From Candidatus Omnitrophota bacterium (GTDB taxonomy: Bacteria; Omnitrophota; Gorgyraeia; Gygaellales; Profunditerraquicolaceae), in assembly GCA_043800555.1 (NCBI GenBank), contig JAZDMX010000002.1, positions 668 through 64,667 on the forward strand: a stretch of 64,000 nucleotides of DNA. Direction: 5' to 3'. A program made the position numbers and the translations under genes. Positions 20,655 through 28,122 of the stretch are shown here, one piece after another. Position 1 is the first letter of the stretch, and each line of letters opens with the position of its first letter. The notes beneath the pieces were generated by a model. It was not told where the DNA came from. It searched no databases and saw only the letters and a list, made by a program, of their open reading frames with translations.

Positions 20655-21515
20655 TTAGAAACCCGGGACCATCTTGCCCTGGGTAAACTGCAGGAATATG
20701 GGCCCGCCGATGATGATGCCGATTACCGGCATTATAAAAAAGATAAGCGGGAGCAGTATCTTAATCGGCGCCTGTAACGCTATTCTTTCCCCCCGGTGAA
20801 ACCTTTGGGCGCGGGCGTCGTCGGAAAGTATCGTAAAAACTTCGGCAACAGGCGAACCCATCCTCTCCGCCTGGATAATAGTCTGCGCGAAAGAGCTCAT
20901 TTCAGGGATATCCAGCCTGCTTGACATATCTTTTAAAGCCTGGATGCGGGACTTACCCCATTTTATCTCTTCCAGGACAAGGCTGAATTCTTCGTTGATG
21001 GGGGTAGGCGGGGTTTTATCAATCACCCATTTTATGGCGCTGGAGAAATCCAGCCCGGCTTCGATACAAAGGCCCAATAAATCCACTGTTTCCGGAAGCC
21101 GGCGGACGATTTGATATTTGCGCTTGGAAATTTTTTGTTTCAAATAGAAATCCGGAGCTATATAACCGATCGCCATAGCAACTAAAATATACAGGGGCTC
21201 AACCTTGCCCAAGGCAGCCGGAGTAATCAAGGCTAAGCCCGCCATAGCCAGTATTTTCAAGTTAAAGAACCCTTCGGGGCTGATATTCAAATGGCTGGCT
21301 TCGGTTAATTTCTTCAGTTTAGGGTATAGCTTTATCTGCTCCAGAAACGCCCGGGTAGGCAGGATGCGCGACAATACGGCTACAGGGCTAGCGCGCTTGG
21401 CAGGCGGATTCAACCTGGGCAGGCGCCGGATCCGATTGCCCTGCTGGCTGATAACCAGGCTCCAAACAATTAGCCCCGCGGAAAGAATCAGAAAAAGATA
21501 GATAAGTATGCCCAT
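20655..21515 (-). CDS. tadC: Tad pilus inner-membrane platform protein, TadC-like (T2SS F-domain)
   Basis: 286 aa; multiple TM segments; T2SSF-like core (…VDLLGLCIEAGLDFSSAI…). Second of two adjacent paralogs in operon order, so the B/C assignment is by position only. Confidence 0.7.
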   Translation of the reverse strand: MGILIYLFLILSAGLIVWSLVISQQGNRIRRLPRLNPPAKRASPVAVLSRILPTRAFLEQIKLYPKLKKLTEASHLNISPEGFFNLKILAMAGLALITPAALGKVEPLYILVAMAIGYIAPDFYLKQKISKRKYQIVRRLPETVDLLGLCIEAGLDFSSAIKWVIDKTPPTPINEEFSLVLEEIKWGKSRIQALKDMSSRLDIPEMSSFAQTIIQAERMGSPVAEVFTILSDDARAQRFHRGERIALQAPIKILLPLIFFIMPVIGIIIGGPIFLQFTQGKMVPGF

Positions 21516-21516
21516 A

Positions 21517-22363
21517 TTAAATAGTTATTGCGCTGAATTTACGGATTAAAAACATCCCGATAACCTGCAATAATACCGCTAAAACCAAAAGCATCCTGCC
21601 TATGTCGCTGCCAAGCATTATATCAAAATGATGCCTGTTCACCGAAACCACCCAAAGCACAAACAAAATCGGCAAAAATGACATAATCGCCCCCTGCATC
21701 CTCCCTTGAAGAGTCAGGGTTTTAACGCTCTCTTTAAGCTTGCGGTTATCCCTGATAGTGGTGGTCAGGCGGCTAAAAACTTTTGTCAGCTCGCCACCTG
21801 TTTCCCGTGACACTAACAGAGCGTTAACAACCAGGCTCAACTCCTCGATATTCATCCTTTGGTTCAACCTTACGAGGCTATCCTCAAAAGGTATGCCCAT
21901 TTTGTTCTCTTTAAGCAGCAGGCTCAACTCCTGGCTCATCGGAGGCGGCATCTCCTCCACTAAAACCTCAAACCCCTGCAACAGGCTTAAGCCGCCCTTT
22001 AAACAACTGGAAAGCATGCTGATGGCGTCTAGGAGCTGGGCATTAAATTTTTGTTTATTCCGGGCCAGGCGCATTTTAAGGATAAAATTAGGTATGACCA
22101 AGCCTACTGCCCCGGCGATTATCGCGGGGATTAAAGATTGGGAAAGAAAATAACCCGTTATGCTAAAAACTACCGGCAGGATGAAATAAAGCCGGGCAAT
22201 TGCCTGCGGGCTTTTATCATAAAACACCTGGTCCATCTGTTTTATGACCTTAGCTTCTTTTGCCGCATGCCAGGATTCTACCCGCTTCAAAAATACCGGG
22301 AAAATGCTTATGGCGATTAAAACCACCGAACCCATTATCAACAAACTGAATAATATTATCATG
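21517..22363 (-). CDS. tadB: Tad pilus inner-membrane platform protein, TadB-like (T2SS F-domain)
   Basis: The ORF track extends to 22497, but a real start at MIILFSLLIMG (ATG 22361-22363) avoids overlap with the flp gene. T2SSF-like core (…LLDAISMLSSCLKGGLSLLQGFEVL…). Confidence 0.7.
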
Positions 22364-22381
22364 TTTTCTTCGCGTTTTGGC

Positions 22382-22564
22382 TTACGGTGAAACAGGGGTA
22401 TATTGCTCTCCTGAACCAATAGCATCCCCTGCCTGCTTAAGCCTCTCCTGCAAACCCCTTTTGTAATAAGCGCCCATAGCGATAAATACGGCGGCAAGCA
22501 AAGTTACCACCGCTATATATTCTATAACAGTTTGGGCTTTATTGGTTATTTTTTTTGTTGCCAT
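22382..22564 (-). CDS. flp: Flp-family pilin (60 aa)
   Basis: MATKKITNKAQTVIEYIAVVTLLAAVFIAMGAYYKRGLQERL: Flp motif G/A-x-x-x-x-EY followed by a hydrophobic segment and the conserved YxKRGxQ also seen in the tandem pilin array. Confidence 0.8.
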   Translation of the reverse strand: MATKKITNKAQTVIEYIAVVTLLAAVFIAMGAYYKRGLQERLKQAGDAIGSGEQYTPVSP

Positions 22565-23363
22565 TATAGGTAACCAAAATAGTGGTCTTACTGGAAAATT
22601 GATCCAACGCTTGCCCTTCCAAAGCCAACTTCTTGACCATGGCCTCGCTCATCCCGAATACGCCCTGGTATAGCCTTATTATGCAAATTTCTCCGTTTGT
22701 TTTGCGGAATGTCAAGCTGGCCTTGCTGGATGCAACCTTGATTTCTTCGCCGGCTATCTTTTTTGCCAGGGCCTTGCGGCATTCAGGGCAATCGGCAGTA
22801 TTTGCCGTTACCGGATCCTCGCCGGACAAACTCCAGCCATAGTTAAGCATGGCGGACTTGAAAAAGAAAATCACATCATCAATACTCTTAGTTGTCTCGT
22901 AAGCAGCCGAAGCCCCTGTCGGCCGATCCAAAAGGAAATCCTGTTTAGCCCCGGGGTAAACCGGCATAAAACCCAATTTATCCGGCGTCTCCTTACCGGA
23001 AGCCAGTATATCCTCTTTGGTAGGTATTTTAGTAGTGGTAACGCTAAAGCGCGTTTTGTTATCCCGGCGGCGTATCCGCGGGTTAACCGCGACAATAACC
23101 ATATACCCGTCTTTTAAATATACCCCGCTAGACTGTTCAGCCCAGCCTTCACGAAGCAATTTTTTCTTATACATCGCAATGATATCGTTTCCGGAAAGAG
23201 CTGTCATATAAACCTGGATACGGGTCCGAGTCAAACCCGCGTCTACGTCCTTATCCATGGTCTTAACAGCGTCGGAAGGCAAGGGAAGGACTAATTCTTC
23301 GGCTTGCAGCAAATTAAAATACCCGCATATAAAAAATAAAAGCGCGCAGATAATTATCCTCAT
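22539..23363 (-). CDS. Hypothetical secreted protein (signal peptide MRIIICALLFFICGYFNLLQA) within the Tad locus
   Basis: ORF 22539..23384; start trimmed to the Met that begins a signal peptide; contains CPEC. No recognisable family. Confidence 0.5.
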   Translation of the reverse strand: MRIIICALLFFICGYFNLLQAEELVLPLPSDAVKTMDKDVDAGLTRTRIQVYMTALSGNDIIAMYKKKLLREGWAEQSSGVYLKDGYMVIVAVNPRIRRRDNKTRFSVTTTKIPTKEDILASGKETPDKLGFMPVYPGAKQDFLLDRPTGASAAYETTKSIDDVIFFFKSAMLNYGWSLSGEDPVTANTADCPECRKALAKKIAGEEIKVASSKASLTFRKTNGEICIIRLYQGVFGMSEAMVKKLALEGQALDQFSSKTTILVTYNGNKKNNQ

Positions 23364-23405
23364 CTCATCTCCTTTTCCAAACAAACGGCTGCTTTTTTGT
23401 TTTCC

Positions 23406-24962
23406 CTATCGTGTCCCCGTTATCCTGGAGTCATAGGTATATTCGAAATTCCCCACGTCTCCGCCGTCAAAGCTGGCCTCGCTGCTGCTGGTTATCTCCG
23501 GATAACTCGTAGCTATAATCCCGGAGCTGGCCCCGGGGTGCTTCTGGGTTGTCGTACATATAGTATGCCAATACGGGAATATTACGTCGGCTATCCTGAC
23601 AATCATCATGTCGCTAACGGCCTGGCAAGGAACACAGGAGGCAAGTTCTCCGCTTATGTCGTTACGGCAAGGCTTGCAATCCAGGCAATTATATACGGAC
23701 TCACTGCCATCAGGCCCCCAATCATCATATACTTCACGATTATTCTCTTGCACCAGCACTATCGAATTTATCCCTCCGGCTGATACAATAGCCGACAGAA
23801 TCGCGGCAATAGAACTGGAAATTAACATTTCCGTTGTTCTCATGGCTACGATTGCCGCGCATAACGCGACAGCGGCGATACATACCAGGCAGTCGTAAGA
23901 CTTGCAATTCTCGCATATGGTGGTCAGGACCGCTGTAACAGCGCTCAAGGCAAAAATTATCGTAAGCGTCGCGCCTTGCGCCCCCAATGTAGTAGCTGCG
24001 CTGCTTAAGGCTTGGGAAATGCCTGGCGCTGCGCCGATATTATAATCCAGTAAACTGCCAATCTCTGAATAGCTGCCTACGGTATGCTGGACTTCATAAG
24101 AAGTTATTTTTGGCAAGTCTAAAGTAGCGCTAACCGTATGCTCCTGGCTGGGCCGGGGATTAAGAGGCTCACTGGAAGGTTTGTCCTGCCAACTGTAAAC
24201 CCCCTCCTTGGCCGGCCGGGAGAGTATCCAGTCGTCAGTCCCGCCGCTATCAGTGGTAAACGACGACATCCAAAGGCTAAACGCGTCATTCTGCTCATTA
24301 GAAAGCTTGGAAGGTATGCAGCTATTTGAAAAGGCGTAAGTAAAGCCGGCGTTATACGAGCTTTCATAAGCGCTATCCATAGATACTACGCTCTCGCAAA
24401 AAGCTTCCCATTGAGCGTCGTGGAATGAATCTGTTATTGACCGCATTGTCTTAGCGTTCTGTAGGTAAGCTTCGACTTCAACATAAGCCTCTTCAAGCGT
24501 GATAGAGGCAGCCAAAGCTAAACCCACGGCAACTAAAAAAGAGGCCCAGACAACCTCGCAAGACTCGCTGGAACTCGAAGTAGCTAAAAGAGTGGCCAGC
24601 GCGGTTGCCGATAGGCTACCGGCTACCGCAAGCGTTACTGCGGTGCTTAAATGCTGGTCTGATTCCTGATAAGTAGTCTCGAATTCACCGTCATAGGTAA
24701 TATCAAAATTATCCTCCAGGTTTGCGTTCGCCTGCGCGAGGTTATTTAAGCCTGTGGCATAAACCGAAGCTGCCGCAAGCGCTCCGGCGTCAGCGGCATT
24801 GGCAGAGCAGGTTTTGTCCAAAGAAACCCTGCCGATATTAATTGTGGCGATCGCGGCAATCAACAGGATAACCAGCACCACCAGCAAAAGAGGGGTGATT
24901 TGGCCGGCTAAATTATCCTTTTTGCCAAACTGCTTGTTCTGGCTGAACCAGGAAAAAAACAC
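23406..24962 (-). CDS. TadG-like pilus-associated protein (N-terminal pseudopilin-like hydrophobic segment, Cys-rich C-terminus)
   Basis: 518 aa; N-term …LAGQITPLLLVVLVILLIAAIATINIGRVS…; C-terminal region has many Cys (CENCKSYDCLVC…CLDCKPCRND…CVPCQ). Position next to TadE/F-like genes. Confidence 0.55.
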   Translation of the reverse strand: MFFSWFSQNKQFGKKDNLAGQITPLLLVVLVILLIAAIATINIGRVSLDKTCSANAADAGALAAASVYATGLNNLAQANANLEDNFDITYDGEFETTYQESDQHLSTAVTLAVAGSLSATALATLLATSSSSESCEVVWASFLVAVGLALAASITLEEAYVEVEAYLQNAKTMRSITDSFHDAQWEAFCESVVSMDSAYESSYNAGFTYAFSNSCIPSKLSNEQNDAFSLWMSSFTTDSGGTDDWILSRPAKEGVYSWQDKPSSEPLNPRPSQEHTVSATLDLPKITSYEVQHTVGSYSEIGSLLDYNIGAAPGISQALSSAATTLGAQGATLTIIFALSAVTAVLTTICENCKSYDCLVCIAAVALCAAIVAMRTTEMLISSSIAAILSAIVSAGGINSIVLVQENNREVYDDWGPDGSESVYNCLDCKPCRNDISGELASCVPCQAVSDMMIVRIADVIFPYWHTICTTTQKHPGASSGIIATSYPEITSSSEASFDGGDVGNFEYTYDSRITGTR

Positions 24963-24972
24963 GTCCGCTCCC

Positions 24973-25266
24973 TTATTTCAATAAATAGACTTCGTTTTCC
25001 TGCATCTCCTCGGCCTCGTATGTAGCCGGGGGTTCTTGCCCGGAAGAAATTTGGCCTGCTGCCTGGCGGGTATCGTTATAGCTTATCTGGCGCTTAATGA
25101 TGTTATCGCTGGACCACTTCCACAAGCTAATCAAGCCCGCCAGTAAAGCAGTCGTGGCAACAAAAATAAGCGTGAACTCCAGGGTTACCTGGCCCAGGGA
25201 GGCCACCAACCAAGGTTTCTTATTGTAAGGGGCGCTTTTCAATAACGCCTGATGCGGCCCTGTCAT
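24973..25266 (-). CDS. TadE-like pseudopilin
   Basis: 97 aa; …LGQVTLEFTLIFVATTALLAGLISL… (TadE-type N-terminal motif). Confidence 0.6.
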   Translation of the reverse strand: MTGPHQALLKSAPYNKKPWLVASLGQVTLEFTLIFVATTALLAGLISLWKWSSDNIIKRQISYNDTRQAAGQISSGQEPPATYEAEEMQENEVYLLK

Positions 25267-25922
25267 TGCATACTCCGGGATCTCTGCAAGCTTGTCTGAT
25301 CGGGGTAATATTTGCCGTCCGAACCCAAATATTGGTTAAACTGCTGGTAAACAACCTGGTTCGTTGCGTTGTCAAAACCAAGAGCGACATTCGCCTGTAA
25401 AGTATCCGCGGCATTAAGGGTTTTCGTCGTAAGGATGTTCCCGGAACCTTCGTTTTTCACAAGGACCCGGTTTGCGTCTATGGTATCCTGGAAACTGCTT
25501 GCATTAGTTTCTACTTCGCCTTCGGCTGGCTGATTTGCATCTTCACGCTGGGTTACGTCAATGGCGCCGGCTTCATTAAGCTGGTATTTATTTACCCCTT
25601 TTTTCTCCACATAATAGCCGTACTTATCCAGCTCCTCGCCTGTGGACCATAAGACATTAGAGCTGCTGCTAAAAGACTGCATTTGCCCTAGTTCCATCGG
25701 ATTGGATATGTTGGGCATACGCCGGAAAACAACCCTGGTATAGCTGGCCGAATCATTGGCTTGCCTGGCTGTTTTCAGCGCCGCCCTGAAGGTTTGCATA
25801 ATGTAAGACTGTTGACGGTTAAGTTTTTCGCTATAATTGATCAGGAAGGAAAATGCCACAATAATCAACATCCCCAAAATAGCAAATTCCGTGGCTGCTT
25901 GCGCCCTTGTGCCGGTTGACAT
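25263..25922 (-). CDS. TadE/TadF-like pseudopilin
   Basis: 219 aa; MSTGTRAQAATEFAILGMLIIVAFSFLINY… (TadE-like N-terminus). Confidence 0.6.
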   Translation of the reverse strand: MSTGTRAQAATEFAILGMLIIVAFSFLINYSEKLNRQQSYIMQTFRAALKTARQANDSASYTRVVFRRMPNISNPMELGQMQSFSSSSNVLWSTGEELDKYGYYVEKKGVNKYQLNEAGAIDVTQREDANQPAEGEVETNASSFQDTIDANRVLVKNEGSGNILTTKTLNAADTLQANVALGFDNATNQVVYQQFNQYLGSDGKYYPDQTSLQRSRSMQ

Positions 25923-25937
25923 CGCTTAATCACCCCA

Positions 25938-26282
25938 CTAATTAGCGGCGCCGGAATCTTCTGCCCTTGAACTGTAATGAGTAACCGCGCTCTCGTTAGC
26001 CTGTGATGTTTTCTCCCCGCCGCTTGTTTCCGTTAAGGTTGTTGCCGAACTGGCGACATAATCCGAGCTGGATTCGTTAATCTCCAGGCCCGAAGTATCC
26101 TGCTGGTAAGCCTTATGTTCCCGGCCTATCCAGTTGTCGGCCATATCCTTGATTTTTCCGCTTATCCCGCGTTTGAAATAAATCTCCATCCCAATCAACG
26201 CCAAGCTCACCACTCCGAGAAGAAGCACGATTTCGGTTAGATTCTGCCCTTTTCTTAATAGCTCCCGCTTCATCCGCTCCAT
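25938..26282 (-). CDS. Pilin-like protein (Flp-related N-terminus lacking EY, Ser/Thr-rich tail)
   Basis: MERMKRELLRKGQNLTEIVLLLGVVSLALIGMEIYFKRGISGKIKD…, then an S/T-rich C-terminus. Confidence 0.55.
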   Translation of the reverse strand: MERMKRELLRKGQNLTEIVLLLGVVSLALIGMEIYFKRGISGKIKDMADNWIGREHKAYQQDTSGLEINESSSDYVASSATTLTETSGGEKTSQANESAVTHYSSRAEDSGAAN

Positions 26283-26839
26283 CCATCATTTGAAGTAACG
26301 CCTAAGCTTTCGCTTGCCTGCCGGTCAAGCTGTTGGGCTCCGGTTTCAGTATTAGAGCTGCTAGAAGTTGTCCTATCGGTTGTTTTCTCTTCTAACTGCC
26401 ATTCCCTTATGGCGATATTCAATTCTTTCTGCTTCTCGTTAAGAAGGTCCTTTTGGATGCCTAAGGCGGTATTAAGCCCCTCCCATACAGAGCTGTGTTC
26501 CACAGAATTATGCATCTTGACTGCTAAAACGTTAATTTCATCCTGCAAAGCTTTTGTTTGCGCCTTAAGCGCGAGTATAGCGCTGGAATAACGATGGGAA
26601 TTGCCGTAAGTTATCGTGCTTACGGAGCTTGAATTTATTTCCGATTCCAAGCCTTTATTTTCCCTGCTGGAGGCGCTGGTATTTCCCGGAGAATAGCCTC
26701 CTGCGCCAAGCTGATCAGCCTGGCTGCGCAAGTTTCCCTGGAACCCGCGTTTAATATAAACCGTCATGGCAATAATAGCAGCCGCCACTATTGCCAGCAA
26801 ATATACGTATTCTAGCGTGCTTTGGCCCTTACGCAACAC
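26270..26839 (-). CDS. flp: Flp-family pilin with long C-terminal extension (189 aa)
   Basis: MLRKGQSTLEYVYLLAIVAAAIIAMTVYIKRGFQGNL…, then a coiled-coil and an S/T-rich tail. Confidence 0.75.
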   Translation of the reverse strand: MLRKGQSTLEYVYLLAIVAAAIIAMTVYIKRGFQGNLRSQADQLGAGGYSPGNTSASSRENKGLESEINSSSVSTITYGNSHRYSSAILALKAQTKALQDEINVLAVKMHNSVEHSSVWEGLNTALGIQKDLLNEKQKELNIAIREWQLEEKTTDRTTSSSSNTETGAQQLDRQASESLGVTSNDGWSG

Positions 26840-26846
26840 CGGTTAA

Positions 26847-27161
26847 CTAACTGCCCCAGTATTCTTTGCTTTGTTCGGCTACGGCTTCGTTGCCGGTTTT
26901 TTGCTGTTGATTCTGGTTAATAGTAGTTGTTGTAACCCCGGCGTCAACGTTCTCCGACTGCCCTATATTGGTCGTAGTGGTATAGCTTGAAGTAGTATAC
27001 CCCGGAGAATACTGCTGGCCGACCTGATCCGTAGATTCTTTCAACCTCCCTTGGACTCCGCGCTTCATATACACGCCCATAGCGATAAGGGCTGCTACTA
27101 CGAACGAAATCAAGATAACGTATTCTAACGTGCTTTGTCCCCGTGACTTACGCTTAAGCAT
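26847..27161 (-). CDS. flp: Flp-family pilin with Thr-rich tail (104 aa)
   Basis: MLKRKSRGQSTLEYVILISFVVAALIAMGVYMKRGVQGRL…TTSSYTTTTN…TTTT. Strong SD (AAGGAGGTG) upstream. Confidence 0.8.
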   Translation of the reverse strand: MLKRKSRGQSTLEYVILISFVVAALIAMGVYMKRGVQGRLKESTDQVGQQYSPGYTTSSYTTTTNIGQSENVDAGVTTTTINQNQQQKTGNEAVAEQSKEYWGS

Positions 27162-27187
27162 CTCTTCACCTCCTTAAAAAATACGCC

Positions 27188-27526
27188 CTAAGGATTACTC
27201 TGGTTAACCGCAGCCTTAACCGTTTGAGTCCCTGTCCTGGATGCGGCAGTATTAACGGTCCTGGCAACCCCTCCGCCTGTAGCTGTATCTTCTGTATCAG
27301 TAGCGGATTGGGTAGAGCTCATGGCTGACTGCGTGTAATATGGCTCATACTGCGCGGTTGTGCCGGTAACATTATCTCCGGAATCCTTATAATCCACCGC
27401 GTCCTTGATTTTTCCCTGCAGCCCGCGTTTAACATAGACTTGCATAGCCACTACCGCGGCAACAACCAAACCTATAACTATGGCGTATTCCGCGGTGCTC
27501 TGGCCCTTTCTTGTCAGCTTAAACAT
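27188..27526 (-). CDS. flp: Flp-family pilin with Thr/Ala-rich tail (112 aa)
   Basis: MFKLTRKGQSTAEYAIVIGLVVAAVVAMQVYVKRGLQGKI…; SD AGGAGGT upstream. Confidence 0.8.
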   Translation of the reverse strand: MFKLTRKGQSTAEYAIVIGLVVAAVVAMQVYVKRGLQGKIKDAVDYKDSGDNVTGTTAQYEPYYTQSAMSSTQSATDTEDTATGGGVARTVNTAASRTGTQTVKAAVNQSNP

Positions 27527-27571
27527 ATCTTACCTCCTTTTATTGTCCGCCCGGGCAAACCCGGTTTCATC

Positions 27572-27760
27572 TTACGGCGTAGTTGTGCCGCCGAAACTAA
27601 CCGACTCTATCTTATCATGCATCTTGGTAGTAAGAGTATCGTAAGAACTCTGTAGTTTTGGTTTAAGAAGCGTGCTGGCGACATAAATTATCGCCCCGAC
27701 CACCGCAGCCAAAATAATAACGTACTCCAGCGTGCTTTGAGCCCTGCTAAACTTTTTCAT
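27572..27760 (-). CDS. flp: Flp-family pilin (62 aa)
   Basis: MKKFSRAQSTLEYVIILAAVVGAIIYVASTLLKPKL…; SD GGGAGGTG upstream. Confidence 0.8.
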   Translation of the reverse strand: MKKFSRAQSTLEYVIILAAVVGAIIYVASTLLKPKLQSSYDTLTTKMHDKIESVSFGGTTTP

Positions 27761-27779
27761 CTTTTCACCTCCCTATTGA

Positions 27780-27941
27780 TTATTCCTTCCGGTAATAATT
27801 CAATTCGTCCTGCGCCTGTATAAGGCGGGCGTTCATCGAACGCATTATATACGTAGTCATCGCCATCAACGCGGCAGCGACGATAATTATCAACATGGTA
27901 TACTCCACGACACTCTGGGCTTTTTGTTTGGCTGTTTTCAT
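27780..27941 (-). CDS. flp: Flp-family pilin (53 aa). Not in the ORF track (under 60 aa).
   Basis: Manual translation: MKTAKQKAQSVVEYTMLIIIVAAALMAMTTYIMRSMNARLIQAQDELNYYRKE*. The track's 27757..27978 ORF is in another frame and judged spurious. Confidence 0.6.
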   Translation of the reverse strand: MKTAKQKAQSVVEYTMLIIIVAAALMAMTTYIMRSMNARLIQAQDELNYYRKE

Positions 27942-28081
27942 TCCATTCTTGCCTTGGCATTGGCAACGTAATCCTCAAAGATCTTTGGGATCTTCTCCAT
28001 AAAAATCACGGAGAGGCTCACGATAATCGCAAAAATAACCACATACTCTATTACGCTCTGGCCCTTCTTCGCTAAAATCAT
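27938..28081 (-). CDS. flp: Flp-family pilin (47 aa). Not in the ORF track (under 60 aa).
   Basis: Manual translation: MILAKKGQSVIEYVVIFAIIVSLSVIFMEKIPKIFEDYVANAKARME*; 4-nt ATGA overlap with the next pilin gene. Confidence 0.55.
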   Translation of the reverse strand: MILAKKGQSVIEYVVIFAIIVSLSVIFMEKIPKIFEDYVANAKARME

Positions 28082-28122
28082 CGCTTAAAATATAACACTT
28101 TGCCGCGCGCTAGTCAAGCTTA

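Noticed and set aside
21517-22497. Long N-terminal extension of TadB (ORF track start at 22497)
   Set aside because: It would overlap the whole flp gene at 22382..22564 on the same strand. The internal start MIILFSLL (22363) gives a typical TadB.
27757-27978. 73-aa minus-strand ORF (MRITLPMPRQEW…)
   Set aside because: It overlaps, in a different frame, two short ORFs with clear Flp pilin signatures (27780..27941 and 27938..28081). It is judged a frame artefact.
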